The notes under the pieces are model-generated. The model did no database searches. It had not been told where the DNA came from and saw nothing but the letters and a program-made list of their open reading frames with translations. From Bacteroidales bacterium (GTDB lineage: Bacteria; Bacteroidota; Bacteroidia; Bacteroidales; WCHB1-69), in assembly GCA_017633255.1 (NCBI GenBank), contig JAGBPS010000017.1, forward strand, positions 65,672-129,671: DNA of 64,000 nt, read 5' to 3'. Both the position numbers and the translations under genes were made by a program. Below, piece by piece: positions 19,801 through 29,133 of the stretch. Position 1 is the first letter of the stretch. Every line of letters begins with the position of its first letter.

Positions 19801-19870
19801 GGGCTGCGCCCTCAAGGGGAGTCATGCTTCGCATGAGGGGGAGTCTCGCTGCGCTCGAGGGGAGTTTTTT
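19801..19870. repeat. GC-rich hairpins plus three ~21-nt units each ending in GAGGGGAGT
   Basis: GGGC-TGC-GCCC lies at 19801-19811 and TCATGC-TTC-GCATGA at 19822-19836. The units lie at 19811-19831, 19832-19853 and 19854-19870, and the last ends in T6. Confidence 0.75.
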
Positions 19871-19895
19871 AGTTGAAAACTGAAAACTGAAAGTT
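19871..19895. repeat. 25-nt direct repeat copy 1 (AGTTGAAAACTGAAAACTGAAAGTT)
   Basis: Identical to 21473-21497. Confidence 0.9.
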
Positions 19896-19906
19896 GAAAA
19901 TTATAA

Positions 19907-19948
19907 TTTGAATTTTGATCTTTGAATTTTGATCTTTGAATTTTGAAT
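19907..19948. repeat. AT-rich tandem repeat, 14-nt unit TTTGAATTTTGATC x3
   Basis: The units lie at 19907-19920, 19921-19934 and 19935-19948 (the last ends in AAT). The array runs up to the next CDS. Confidence 0.85.
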
Positions 19949-19957
19949 TCTACTTCT

Positions 19958-20353
19958 ATGATCAGACAGCGGATTACAGGCAATAATATGGAATTTTTCG
20001 ACCCGGTGCGGAAGAAATGGGTGCCGGCTACTCCCGAGGAGGAGGTACGCCAGCAGTTTATCCAGTTTCTGCTGATGGTGAAGAATATTCCTGCCTCGCA
20101 TCTGTCGGTGGAGCGTGAAATCACTGTAAACGGAATGTCACGCCGCTACGATTTGGTTGTGTTTGATGAGGAAGGCAAGCCTTGGATGGTGGTGGAGTGC
20201 AAGGCACCGCATGTCAAGCTCACGCAAGAGGTGATGGAACAGGCGGGCCGCTACAACAAGACCCTCCAAGCACCGCTTATTGGCATTACCAATGGTAAAG
20301 AAAACAAGTTCTTCCGTGTGGATTTTGAAACAGGAGAGATTATCAGTATGTAA
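19958..20353 (+). CDS. HsdR_N-like small protein (type I restriction enzyme R N-terminal-type PD-(D/E)XK domain)
   Basis: ATG 19958. FDPVRKKWVPATPEEEVRQQFIQFL...DLVVFDEEGKPWMVVECKAP...GITNG matches the orphan HsdR_N-type proteins common in Bacteroidetes (recall). Confidence 0.6.
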   Translation: MIRQRITGNNMEFFDPVRKKWVPATPEEEVRQQFIQFLLMVKNIPASHLSVEREITVNGMSRRYDLVVFDEEGKPWMVVECKAPHVKLTQEVMEQAGRYNKTLQAPLIGITNGKENKFFRVDFETGEIISM

Positions 20354-20427
20354 GTTTTCTTCTTCTGAAAACAATATAAAATAAAATTTATCCAAATTTT
20401 ATAAAGTAATTGTATAAGTAATTTTTG

Positions 20428-20435
20428 TATCTTTG
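20428..20435 (+). promoter_or_regulatory. -7 box TATCTTTG
   Basis: Lies upstream of ATG 20454 and is followed by the GCCGAAA/TTTCGGC hairpin at 20435-20453. Confidence 0.55.
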
Positions 20436-20453
20436 CCGAAATTTTTTTTCGGC

Positions 20454-21485
20454 ATGAGAAGAACACTGGCGTTTATTGTTTTGATATGTACAAGTGTGGT
20501 GGTGCTGGCACAGCGGGACAGTTGTAGTCTGCTGATTTCGTTTTATAATGTGGAGAATTTGTATGATCCTGACAATGATTCGCTGTTTAGAGATGATGAT
20601 TTCACGCTGGAGGGTTTGTATCATTGGACATACGGCAAGTATGTGAAAAAGGTGAACAATATCGCCAAGGTACTGATATCGATGGGGAAGGGCGAGCCGC
20701 CGGACATAGCGGCGATGGCGGAGGTGGAGAACGACCGTGTCTTTCAACGCTTCTGCTATCACTCACCCTTGCAGAAATTCAATTATGGCTATGTGCATTT
20801 TGATGCTCCCTATTCGCGTGGGGTGGAAACCGGTTTGCTGTACCGCAAAGACCGTTTGCAAATTGTTCATAAAGAGGCCATTGCTGTGGTCTTTCCCTTT
20901 GAACCGGCTACCAAAAACAGGGATATTTTGTATGTGGTGGCGAAGACCCTTTGCGGTGACAGCTTACATCTTTTCGTCAATCATTGGACTTCTCGCTATG
21001 GCGGCTACGGGGCAACGGTGCCCAAACGGAATTATTATGCCCAGGTGTTGCGGCATCGTGTGGATTCGTTACTGAATCTGAATCCATCTGCAAAGATCAT
21101 CATTGAGGGCGATTTCAACGATTATCCCACGGATGAGAGTGTGAGTAGGACTTTGGGGGCTTCTGACAGAACCCAAACCGACACGGCATCGCTGTATAAT
21201 TTGATGTGTAGATTTCTGAAAATGAACAATATAGGAACGCATAAACACGAGGATTTCTGGGGTTGCCTTGACCAGATTATCGTTTCTCCGTCCCTAATAG
21301 ACAGCTCGTTTTCGGGTATCCGTATTGTCAATGGGGAGGCGCATATTTTCAAAGAGGATTTCATGGTTGTGCCTGACGAGAAGTACGGGGGCTACAAGGT
21401 TTTTCGCACCTTCCTTGGTCCGCGCTATATCGGCGGCTACGGTGACCATCTGCCGGTGTTTATCGAGTTGAAAGTTGAAAACTGA
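20454..21485 (+). CDS. Secreted endonuclease/exonuclease/phosphatase-family protein
   Basis: ATG 20454 gives a signal peptide. The sequence shows an EEP pattern (SFYNVENL, EGDFNDYP, GDHLPV). The last four codons and the stop lie inside the 25-nt repeat. Confidence 0.65.
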   Translation: MRRTLAFIVLICTSVVVLAQRDSCSLLISFYNVENLYDPDNDSLFRDDDFTLEGLYHWTYGKYVKKVNNIAKVLISMGKGEPPDIAAMAEVENDRVFQRFCYHSPLQKFNYGYVHFDAPYSRGVETGLLYRKDRLQIVHKEAIAVVFPFEPATKNRDILYVVAKTLCGDSLHLFVNHWTSRYGGYGATVPKRNYYAQVLRHRVDSLLNLNPSAKIIIEGDFNDYPTDESVSRTLGASDRTQTDTASLYNLMCRFLKMNNIGTHKHEDFWGCLDQIIVSPSLIDSSFSGIRIVNGEAHIFKEDFMVVPDEKYGGYKVFRTFLGPRYIGGYGDHLPVFIELKVEN

Positions 21486-21497
21486 AAACTGAAAGTT
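21473..21497. repeat. 25-nt direct repeat copy 2
   Basis: Identical to 19871-19895. Confidence 0.9.
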
Positions 21498-21498
21498 T

Positions 21499-22455
21499 TT
21501 ATTCCTTTTTCTTTTTCCGTTCAAAGAAATTGATCGCATAGGAGAATTTGTAACCTATGCTGACCGCGTAATACTTGTAATCCTGAAAGCCCAGCAGGCC
21601 GCCAAAATAGAGGGAGTTGCCCTTTTTGAAATTGCGGCATACCTGCGCACGCAATACCATGGGACAGTCGCCATTGTGTTCCCATCCCTGATAGCCGCTG
21701 AAATCCACTTCGTACTGCCAATGGTTGGTAGTCAAACCCACCCGTACACCGTAAATGACGGCATCGTCCTGCATGGACTGGTCGGCACGGATGGACTGCC
21801 AGCAGAGGAAGCCCGCCCTGCCGGAAACAGCGACAGAGCGCAGGTGCTTGGTTTTCTCAAAAGTGAAGGTCTTGCCGATGGTGGCATCGAAAAAGTAACC
21901 GGGGGTGTCGAAATAACGGGCGGCGGTCAGCGGTCCACCGGGTGCGGTTTTCATACACAGGTTGATCATGATGTCGGGGGCTTTGGGCCGGTCACGCAAA
22001 ATCTGGATACCCGTCTGGATGTACACGTCACCCACAGCAAAGCCTTTGGGCACCTTGGTCCTCATTAGGCGCTCGTTTCGCACATGGATGGAGGTGTTGT
22101 AATATTCGACAGGTACCATCCACACCGCTAAATTGACATATTTTGGATACAAGGGAATGTCGATGCGCAGGTTGAGGTCGGTGGCATTGTCACCATAGCC
22201 CCAGTATTGCTCCACAGCGGCGTCCACAACCAGCTTTTCGGGTACCTTGCCGTCGCCCATTTTAGGCACCGGGAAGGCGTTGGGACCGAAATAACGAGGA
22301 GAGTAAGTGTAATAATACTGCCATGGGGTATAGCCGTCCCAGTGGGCCAGCTCATTCCACCAGGTCCAGTCCTCATCTTGTGCATATCCTGTGCAAATCC
22401 ATCTCCCTCCGCACAAGCCTAACAATACCGCTAACAATACAATTCTTATTTTCAT
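21499..22455 (-). CDS. Hypothetical exported protein, putative outer-membrane beta-barrel
   Basis: The protein has a signal peptide and aromatic-rich alternating segments (WQYEVDFSGYQGW, YYAVSIGYKFSYAINFF). Its start overlaps the upstream GT2 stop (ATGA). No family was recognised. Confidence 0.35.
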   Translation of the reverse strand: MKIRIVLLAVLLGLCGGRWICTGYAQDEDWTWWNELAHWDGYTPWQYYYTYSPRYFGPNAFPVPKMGDGKVPEKLVVDAAVEQYWGYGDNATDLNLRIDIPLYPKYVNLAVWMVPVEYYNTSIHVRNERLMRTKVPKGFAVGDVYIQTGIQILRDRPKAPDIMINLCMKTAPGGPLTAARYFDTPGYFFDATIGKTFTFEKTKHLRSVAVSGRAGFLCWQSIRADQSMQDDAVIYGVRVGLTTNHWQYEVDFSGYQGWEHNGDCPMVLRAQVCRNFKKGNSLYFGGLLGFQDYKYYAVSIGYKFSYAINFFERKKKKE

Positions 22456-23654
22456 ATTTTGTTCTTCCGTAGCTTCATTTCTTCCTCAAAAAATATCTCT
22501 CTGATTTCTTGTAATTGATTAGTATTCATATTGTCGAAAGAAAAAACATCTTTCAAAAATTCTGGCGGGGTTGTGGAGATAATTAGCGGCCAGTTTTCCC
22601 ACAGGGACTGCTCATCGCTGATGTTCATCTTCGACTGCTCCGTTTTGAGGAACTGCAACACCCGCAAGCCGTCGGCTTTTTCGTGAAAGGCATGTCTGAA
22701 ATGGGCCAAGTCCTTGACATTTTGCCGCAAAGGTCCCCATAAATCCTCGGTTTTGAATTGCTCTTTCAGAAAAGCGATAAAAGGAGTGCTCAAATCTTCC
22801 GTGTATAATCGGTCGATGAGGTCGTAGGTCTTTTTCACCTCGTCGAAAAGGCTGTGATGGTATATGGGATAGCTGTCCCATAAACCCTGGCTCCCCTTGA
22901 TCATGGCGGGACCGGTGCCGAAAAAGACCCGGTCGGAGAAGCGGGCGGCGGGATAGACCAGTTCGTCGTTCCAATTGCTGATGGGCGACATCTTCCGCAG
23001 TTTCTGTAACAGATAGAAGTCCTCGCCGCTTTTCATGGGGGTGATGCCGTTGATTTTTTGCAAAGCCTTGATTTTTACAGCAATGGCTGAACCTATAGCC
23101 GTAAAATTGTAGGGACAGCCAATGCGGTACAAGTTCAAGAGGCAGTTGCGCATATAGATTTCATAGCGCAAAATAGCCCGGTTGGCGGCATCATCGTCGG
23201 TCAGGGGGTGATAATAGGGTACCGAAACCACTTGCTGTTGCGGATGGGCGGCGAAATTCCTTGACAGCGACTCAAGATAGTGTTCGCCGAAGACCGTGTC
23301 GGCATCCATGCTGACCAGAATATCTTCAGGGTCAGCTATGCCCATAATATGTTCGAACAGCGTTTTCCGAGCCCAGCCCACACCGAAATTTTTGTCATCC
23401 CAGCCTTTGCCGGACGAGCTTTTGTCGATGATATGCAGGGGAAAGGCATAGTGTCGCCTGCGAAGTTTGAACAGCAGTTGCCGGTTGTTCTCGCAAATAT
23501 TTTTTTTGTCAGCCTGCTCCCACCAGGAATCGGGCTGGTTCACGCAGACATACACCGAAAACGAAACCTTGATCTGCTGCTTTTCCAGGGCTTGCAGGGT
23601 CTTGGGCAGGTAGTCCAGTTCGTTCAGGGCGGGTATGGCGACGAAAAGATGCAC
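22452..23654 (-). CDS. GT2 family glycosyltransferase (soluble)
   Basis: It starts at a GTG 2 nt after the upstream stop. The VAIPALNE N-terminus, the DAD motif (SMDADTVF) and GEDFYLL fit GT2. No TM segments are evident. Confidence 0.65.
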   Translation of the reverse strand: MHLFVAIPALNELDYLPKTLQALEKQQIKVSFSVYVCVNQPDSWWEQADKKNICENNRQLLFKLRRRHYAFPLHIIDKSSSGKGWDDKNFGVGWARKTLFEHIMGIADPEDILVSMDADTVFGEHYLESLSRNFAAHPQQQVVSVPYYHPLTDDDAANRAILRYEIYMRNCLLNLYRIGCPYNFTAIGSAIAVKIKALQKINGITPMKSGEDFYLLQKLRKMSPISNWNDELVYPAARFSDRVFFGTGPAMIKGSQGLWDSYPIYHHSLFDEVKKTYDLIDRLYTEDLSTPFIAFLKEQFKTEDLWGPLRQNVKDLAHFRHAFHEKADGLRVLQFLKTEQSKMNISDEQSLWENWPLIISTTPPEFLKDVFSFDNMNTNQLQEIREIFFEEEMKLRKNKI

Positions 23655-23656
23655 GG

Positions 23657-26600
23657 TTATTTTTTCAAAGGATTGTCAATAAAGGGTTTCTTTTGCAGGC
23701 TGATGTCGGGGTCGTTGCTGATTTCCAGTTCCTCAAAGAGGAAAGCCTTGGGCAGAATAAAGCTGGCAGGGATGCCGTAAAGGTTGGATCCGTAAGCGGG
23801 AGAATAAGAGGAACCGCTACCTTTCAGCATAGCGTTATACACTTGCTGTTCAGCGGCGACAGCGGCAATATGCCTGAAACTTTTGATGCTGGGGGCGGGC
23901 ATTTTGACCATCCTTACCAGTTCCTCCTCACCGGTTTTTACCTTGATGCGGTAGCAGTAAATGGGGTGCAAGGTACCTTCGGAAGTCGTATATTTGCTCA
24001 TGCCGGGATAGGGCCACATACTGTTGTCCGCCAGTTTGGTCACGATATAACAATAGTCGTAATCTTCCGACTTGGCCATGGCGATAAGTTTCTTTTTCAG
24101 CTGTTTATAGGAGGTTTTGTTTTTGCTGCTCATCTCCACCACTCCGGGACAGAGGCCGGTGGTCAGTTTGCCGCGATTCAGGGCCAGACGGCGGTGTCCA
24201 TTGCTGTAGGCGGCATTGTCGGCAGGCTGGCGGTCGCTGAGCAGTTGCATCAGCACTCCGTTTTCTATCAATAGTTGCTCGTCTTCGGAAACATAACCTT
24301 CGGCATCATGCATAAAACTGCCGATGAGCGGAATGCCATTGTATTGGGTGAGGGTGTTCTTGCTTTTGAGGGTCAAGTCTCTGGAAACAATTTTCTTGTT
24401 CATCAGCAGGGCGGTGGGGTTGTCCTTGTCGGCATAATTGCCGTAATATTGAGCCATCTCTGGGGAGGAGAAAATAGGCTTGCGCGAAGCTAACAGCCCG
24501 TCGGGATTCTGGAAGAAACATTGTGACATCAGCACGGCGGCGGCTTCGTCGGCAAACATCACCGGGCCACTGTAACTTTCATCCATCACCGGCGCTTTGC
24601 GTAGGGCGTCCAGTTGGTTGGCAAAGTCAGTAATCATTTTTTCCAATTCTTTTTCAGAAGGAAGTTGCTGAATATCATTTCTGAAAATATTCAGTACATC
24701 GGCTATAGGTTCGCCGTCTTCAGCCTGTGCTTCGGCAAAAATATTGAGACAGACAATGTTGAAGGGCTGCTTGTATTTCAGGCCTTCGCTGTCCATGTAA
24801 TAAGCGTCCGCCTGAAAAGCGAACAGGTTAACGCCGGAGTTGGTGAATTCGGGGTATTGGGCAAACAATTTGGACAGTTCAGACAACTTGTATTGGTATT
24901 GCGCCTTGTCGAGTGGGGTGGAGGATTGTTCTTCCGTGAAACTCTTGCTGACAATGGAGCTGCGGTCGGGCATGTCCAATTGCTTTTGCGGCAGATTCTG
25001 CTGCTGGATGGCTGCTTTCTTGGCCTCCAATTCTTCGGCATTGGTTTTGTATAGCAAGTCGGTGGTTAACCACAGGTTTTGGCGGATATTGTAATAGTTG
25101 TTGTCGATGGCCACCGTACCTTTGGAATTGCTCTGTCCGCGCACCAGCTTGTTGAAATCGAAGTAATGGGTATTGTTGCATTTGTCGTTGCCCACCAATA
25201 CGGTGACATCCTTGTCACGGTGGGGCATCTGTTCGGCGTAGAGAACTCCGCCCAAAGAAGTCCAAATGCTGGTGATTATGGCGTCGGAGATCAGATAGCT
25301 GATGAAGTAGGGCGCTTGCAGTTTGTCAAGATGCAGCATGGCCATGTTTTGTTCGATTTCGTCTTCCATGGCTTCGAAACACAGGGTTTCAAAGTCGTCA
25401 TCACCCTGATAGCTGGTATATTTTTTGGGGATAATGGGGGGGCGCTGTTGGCTTTTGCTTTTCTTTTGGGTTTCGATTTGTTTGACAAAGAGGGCGGGGG
25501 AGCAGCAGGCTACTGGCACAGATCCGGATTCGGCACCGCAGGAGCCGGCGAAATTGCCATGCTCGCTGCCGGCAGCTTCTATTTTGGAGAACATGGACAG
25601 GGGAGTGCCCACCAGATCCACTCCGCGAACTAGCTCGTCAGGCCGTCCGTCCACATAAATGCGATAGACTTCCAGAGGGGTGACATTGAAGGCGTTGGGC
25701 ATGTAGCGTCCCGTGGTGGTGAAACCGCCTTGTACACAGACGAACAGATAACCATAGGCCTTTCCTTGTGCTTTGGCCTCAGCTATCAACATGGTGCGAA
25801 GTTGCTCGTCGCTGTAAGGATGTGAGGTTTCCACAATCAGGTTGGACTGGCGTGATACGGGTTGATAGCCGGCTTGGGCACGGGCATGACCGTTAGAGAT
25901 GGGGAAACTGTCGATGGGGGTTCGTGTCATGAGGAATTTCTTCAGGATACCATTTTCCACCACAGGTACCCGGTAGCCTAAAAAGCCTTCATCATCGTAT
26001 CGGTAATGGCCGTTAAGGGGAAGCCCTTTGTAATCTTTCAAAAATGGGTCAAAGTAAATGGATATGTCCGTGGGAAGCACTTGCTCGTTCAGCATTTTCT
26101 TGAAGGTCTGCCCGTCGGTGCTCTGCTTGAGGCGCTGGCCTTCCACCCGGTGCCCGAAGATTTCGTGGAAGAAAACGCCGGCGGCATCCTTTGACAGCAG
26201 GGCAGGACCGGTATAGGCCTCTGCCACAGGTGCTTTTACCAATTGGCTGAGTTTGTCATTCAGCACTTGCGCATCGATGAGCATATCACTTTGCACAGGC
26301 AGTTGGTCAGGTGTATGAGCATAATAGGAGTGGTATAATGGTAGTACCATACCGTCGTCAGCTTGTCCTTCCACATTAAGGTACAAATGACAGCTGGTAT
26401 AGTTCTGCACTATGCTGGTTCCATCGCTGTTGACAAAATATTTTCGCAGTACCTCATATTTGATGGAGGCATAGCCCGTTTGGATGTCCTGGTTTTGTTT
26501 GAAAACCGATGACAGTGCTTTTGTGCGGTCAATCCACTCGTCTTCATGGAATAAGTTGTCTGTAATGGCGGGCTCAAAATAGGTCTCCACGGCAGCATTG

Positions 26601-27100
26601 GAGTAGTCGGGAGCGTGGTCATCGGCTTCTGCCTTGACCGCCACATTGGCTTTTACCTTTTCGTAGCGTTGCTTGGCTTCCCGGTAAGCCCGGTCGGTTT
26701 CCCGCCAGATAATCTGTGCCAGAGCCTGGGAATCGTCATTCAAAGGTAGCGTCACAGTGGAAATCCCCGACAGATAGTCCGAATAATCGTCTCGCAGTTC
26801 ATGAAAATTGTCCAGCTCGTAAGAGCCGACTCTGACTTGCACGGTCAGAATGCGTTCTGTCTGTTGCCGATTATAAATCAAACTGCCCAAGGAACTCCAT
26901 ACGTCATGCGAGGTTTGCTCATCCACGCGGTAGCTGAGCAGATATACCCCCGACTGGCTCTGGTCGAACTGGGCTTTGTTTTTCTGAAGCTCGGCCTGCA
27001 ATACTTGCAAAAGATCATCGCTCTGCTGGGCAAAAGCGGTGGAGAAAAATGCCCCTATCAGCAGGGAAAAGAGGAAAATAATGCTTCGTTTTATCATCAT
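23657..27100 (-). CDS. Exported fused TldD/PmbA(TldE)-family metallopeptidase-like protein (two tandem TldD/PmbA modules)
   Basis: ATG 27100 gives a signal peptide (..STAFA/QQ). The first half has a TldD-like FFHEIFGHRVEG and NGHARA. The second half is again TldD/PmbA-like (NGHRRL) but has SQCFFQNP in place of the metal site. Confidence 0.65.
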   Translation of the reverse strand: MMIKRSIIFLFSLLIGAFFSTAFAQQSDDLLQVLQAELQKNKAQFDQSQSGVYLLSYRVDEQTSHDVWSSLGSLIYNRQQTERILTVQVRVGSYELDNFHELRDDYSDYLSGISTVTLPLNDDSQALAQIIWRETDRAYREAKQRYEKVKANVAVKAEADDHAPDYSNAAVETYFEPAITDNLFHEDEWIDRTKALSSVFKQNQDIQTGYASIKYEVLRKYFVNSDGTSIVQNYTSCHLYLNVEGQADDGMVLPLYHSYYAHTPDQLPVQSDMLIDAQVLNDKLSQLVKAPVAEAYTGPALLSKDAAGVFFHEIFGHRVEGQRLKQSTDGQTFKKMLNEQVLPTDISIYFDPFLKDYKGLPLNGHYRYDDEGFLGYRVPVVENGILKKFLMTRTPIDSFPISNGHARAQAGYQPVSRQSNLIVETSHPYSDEQLRTMLIAEAKAQGKAYGYLFVCVQGGFTTTGRYMPNAFNVTPLEVYRIYVDGRPDELVRGVDLVGTPLSMFSKIEAAGSEHGNFAGSCGAESGSVPVACCSPALFVKQIETQKKSKSQQRPPIIPKKYTSYQGDDDFETLCFEAMEDEIEQNMAMLHLDKLQAPYFISYLISDAIITSIWTSLGGVLYAEQMPHRDKDVTVLVGNDKCNNTHYFDFNKLVRGQSNSKGTVAIDNNYYNIRQNLWLTTDLLYKTNAEELEAKKAAIQQQNLPQKQLDMPDRSSIVSKSFTEEQSSTPLDKAQYQYKLSELSKLFAQYPEFTNSGVNLFAFQADAYYMDSEGLKYKQPFNIVCLNIFAEAQAEDGEPIADVLNIFRNDIQQLPSEKELEKMITDFANQLDALRKAPVMDESYSGPVMFADEAAAVLMSQCFFQNPDGLLASRKPIFSSPEMAQYYGNYADKDNPTALLMNKKIVSRDLTLKSKNTLTQYNGIPLIGSFMHDAEGYVSEDEQLLIENGVLMQLLSDRQPADNAAYSNGHRRLALNRGKLTTGLCPGVVEMSSKNKTSYKQLKKKLIAMAKSEDYDYCYIVTKLADNSMWPYPGMSKYTTSEGTLHPIYCYRIKVKTGEEELVRMVKMPAPSIKSFRHIAAVAAEQQVYNAMLKGSGSSYSPAYGSNLYGIPASFILPKAFLFEELEISNDPDISLQKKPFIDNPLKK

Positions 27101-27171
27101 ATTTTTTAATTTTTCCAAAGGGACGCAAACGCTGCGCTCCTACTGTATAGACGCAGAAATCTCTACAAACG

Positions 27172-27942
27172 TTACAAATTAAAAATCTTTTTTGCGTTTT
27201 CTGTGGTCACTTCCATGACAGTCTCCAAACTTTCGCCAGTCACTTCCGCCACCTTCTGGGCGATGATGGGAATGTAGCTGCTTTCGTTGGTTTTGCCTCG
27301 GTAGGGCACTGGGGCCAAATAGGGGGCGTCAGTTTCCAGCACAATATGCTGCAAACCCACTTCTTTGACAATGTCCTGCAGTTTGTTGTTCTTGAAGGTC
27401 ACCACTCCGCCCACTCCCAAGGCAAAGCCGAAGCGGATACCCCATTGGGCCTCCTGGATGCCTCCAGAGAAGCAGTGCAACACGCCTTTTAGTCCGCTGT
27501 GGTCGTATTTTTTCAGTATCGGAATAGCTTCCTCGTAGGCGTTGCGGATGTGCAGCGACAGCGGCATTTGCCGTTCTTTGGCCCAGCCCAGTTGTATGTC
27601 GAAAACCTCAATCTGCTCTTTCTCAAACTCCCTGCTGAAATAAAAATCCAACCCGATTTCACCGATGCCGATTACGCGGGGGTCATCCAGATAGCCGGCA
27701 ATGGTTTGCAGTTCCTCTTTGTAGTCGGCTTTGGTATCTTCGGGATGCAAACCGATGAGCGGATAGAAATGGCCTTTGTAGCGGTCGGTCAATTCCAGCA
27801 ATTCGGGGATGCCGGCGGCATTCACGCCCGGCAGGATGATGGGGTCCACTTTCGCGTCAAGGGCTCTTTGCATCACCTGGTCGAGGGTGTCGTGATAGTA
27901 TTCTTCGCACAAATGTGCGTGGGTGTCGATAAATGTTTTCAT
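27172..27942 (-). CDS. tatD: TatD family hydrolase
   Basis: The protein starts with FIDTHAHL, is 256 aa long and shows a TatD-type metal-ligand pattern. Confidence 0.85.
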   Translation of the reverse strand: MKTFIDTHAHLCEEYYHDTLDQVMQRALDAKVDPIILPGVNAAGIPELLELTDRYKGHFYPLIGLHPEDTKADYKEELQTIAGYLDDPRVIGIGEIGLDFYFSREFEKEQIEVFDIQLGWAKERQMPLSLHIRNAYEEAIPILKKYDHSGLKGVLHCFSGGIQEAQWGIRFGFALGVGGVVTFKNNKLQDIVKEVGLQHIVLETDAPYLAPVPYRGKTNESSYIPIIAQKVAEVTGESLETVMEVTTENAKKIFNL

Positions 27943-28775
27943 CAGATGGAGTATTCGTGCCAGTTTTTGTTGTCAAAATATACCAATTGGTCAATGCCGA
28001 AGCTTTTCAGTTTCGCCACGGCCTCGTTGTAATACAGGTCGAGTTCCTCGGATTTGTGGGCATCGCTGCTAATGACAAAGGGCAGGTGCATTTTCCGGGC
28101 CTGCTGCAGAATGTAGTCTGAGGGATAAAAGCTGTCGCAGCGTTTTTTGTACAGCCCGCGGGTGTTGATTTCCAGAATGACATCGTGTTTGCGCACCAAA
28201 TCCAGGGCATGATCAACCAGAGCGATGTACCACGGCTCTTGTTCGGTGAAGAAGCGGTGCTGGTTGTGCATTTTGATTTTGTCGATATGGGCAATGATGT
28301 CGATGCGCTCCTGCTCCAGCATTTCGAAAGTCTGCTCCCAAAAACGGGTGACGGCCTTCTCCACTTGATGGTTGAATAGTTGGTCCAGGCCATCATCGTA
28401 AATCTCTCGCTTGGAGCCGTCGATGAACCAAAGTCGGTCGTCGTTGACGGGGCGTACCAAGTGGACACCGCCTATGAGGTAGTCCATGTTATATTCGTTG
28501 CGGTAATGGTTGAATGGCTGGGTCATGCCAGGGATAAAGTCGCATTCCAAAGCCGCGAATAATTGTGTCTTGGAGTTTTCTTGATACGAATGGATTTCCT
28601 TCACATATTCGGGAATTCTTGCCTCGTCGATGGCAAAGTCGTTTTCGCCGGGCACGGGCGCATGGGAGGAAAAGCCCAAATGGTCCAGCCCTATTTCGTT
28701 TGCGCGTTTCACAATAAGTTCCATCGGCTCCTTGCCGTCACAATAAGTACAATGAGTGTGGTAGTTGCATTTCAT
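27942..28775 (-). CDS. PHP-family (HisJ-type) histidinol-phosphatase-like phosphoesterase
   Basis: The motifs CNYHTHCTYCDG and HLGFSSHAP are present. Its stop overlaps the tatD start by 1 nt. Confidence 0.75.
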   Translation of the reverse strand: MKCNYHTHCTYCDGKEPMELIVKRANEIGLDHLGFSSHAPVPGENDFAIDEARIPEYVKEIHSYQENSKTQLFAALECDFIPGMTQPFNHYRNEYNMDYLIGGVHLVRPVNDDRLWFIDGSKREIYDDGLDQLFNHQVEKAVTRFWEQTFEMLEQERIDIIAHIDKIKMHNQHRFFTEQEPWYIALVDHALDLVRKHDVILEINTRGLYKKRCDSFYPSDYILQQARKMHLPFVISSDAHKSEELDLYYNEAVAKLKSFGIDQLVYFDNKNWHEYSI

Positions 28776-28792
28776 CTTTCACAAATTTTCGG

Positions 28793-28800
28793 CAAAGGTA
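28793..28800 (-). promoter_or_regulatory. -7 box TACCTTTG (minus strand)
   Basis: CAAAGGTA on plus strand lies 17 nt from ATG 28775. Confidence 0.55.
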
Positions 28801-28883
28801 CTGAAAATATTGCAGAAAAATGGTAAGAGAGGAATGTTTGGAAGAAAAAAATAATCATGGTTCAAACCTCTTGCCCGTTACAA

Positions 28884-28913
28884 AAGTACCGATATCCCCC
28901 GATATTGGTACTT
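28884..28913 (+). other. 13-bp stem / CCCC-loop hairpin in a divergent intergenic region
   Basis: The hairpin is AAGTACCGATATC-CCCC-GATATTGGTACTT. Its single G-T wobble is tolerated only on the plus strand. Confidence 0.5.
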
Positions 28914-29121
28914 CGGGGTGTAAAAGCTTGGTAATGATTTGTTTTTGCAGTCATTTTTGATGCAGTCGTATATAATTTTCCAGTTTTTAAGGCTTTTTTG
29001 ACGCATCAAAAATACAAAAAAATGACATGTACAGACTTGTTTACCAATCTCCTTTTAATAGTTCATTCCTCTTGCGGGGAAAAAACGTAACTTTCTCCGC
29101 ATTTTTGCGGAGAAAAAATTG

Positions 29122-29129
29122 TATATTTG
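29122..29129 (+). promoter_or_regulatory. -7 box TATATTTG
   Basis: The box ends 4 nt before the Fic ATG, so the mRNA may be leaderless. It is preceded by the 9-bp hairpin TTTCTCCGC/GCGGAGAAA at 29092-29115. Confidence 0.45.
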
Positions 29130-29133
29130 CCGC

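Noticed and set aside
28855-28880. tRNA-like T-loop string (GGTTCAAACC)
   Set aside because: The flanking bases cannot form a T-stem (CATGG against CTCTT). No acceptor or anticodon arms could be built around it.
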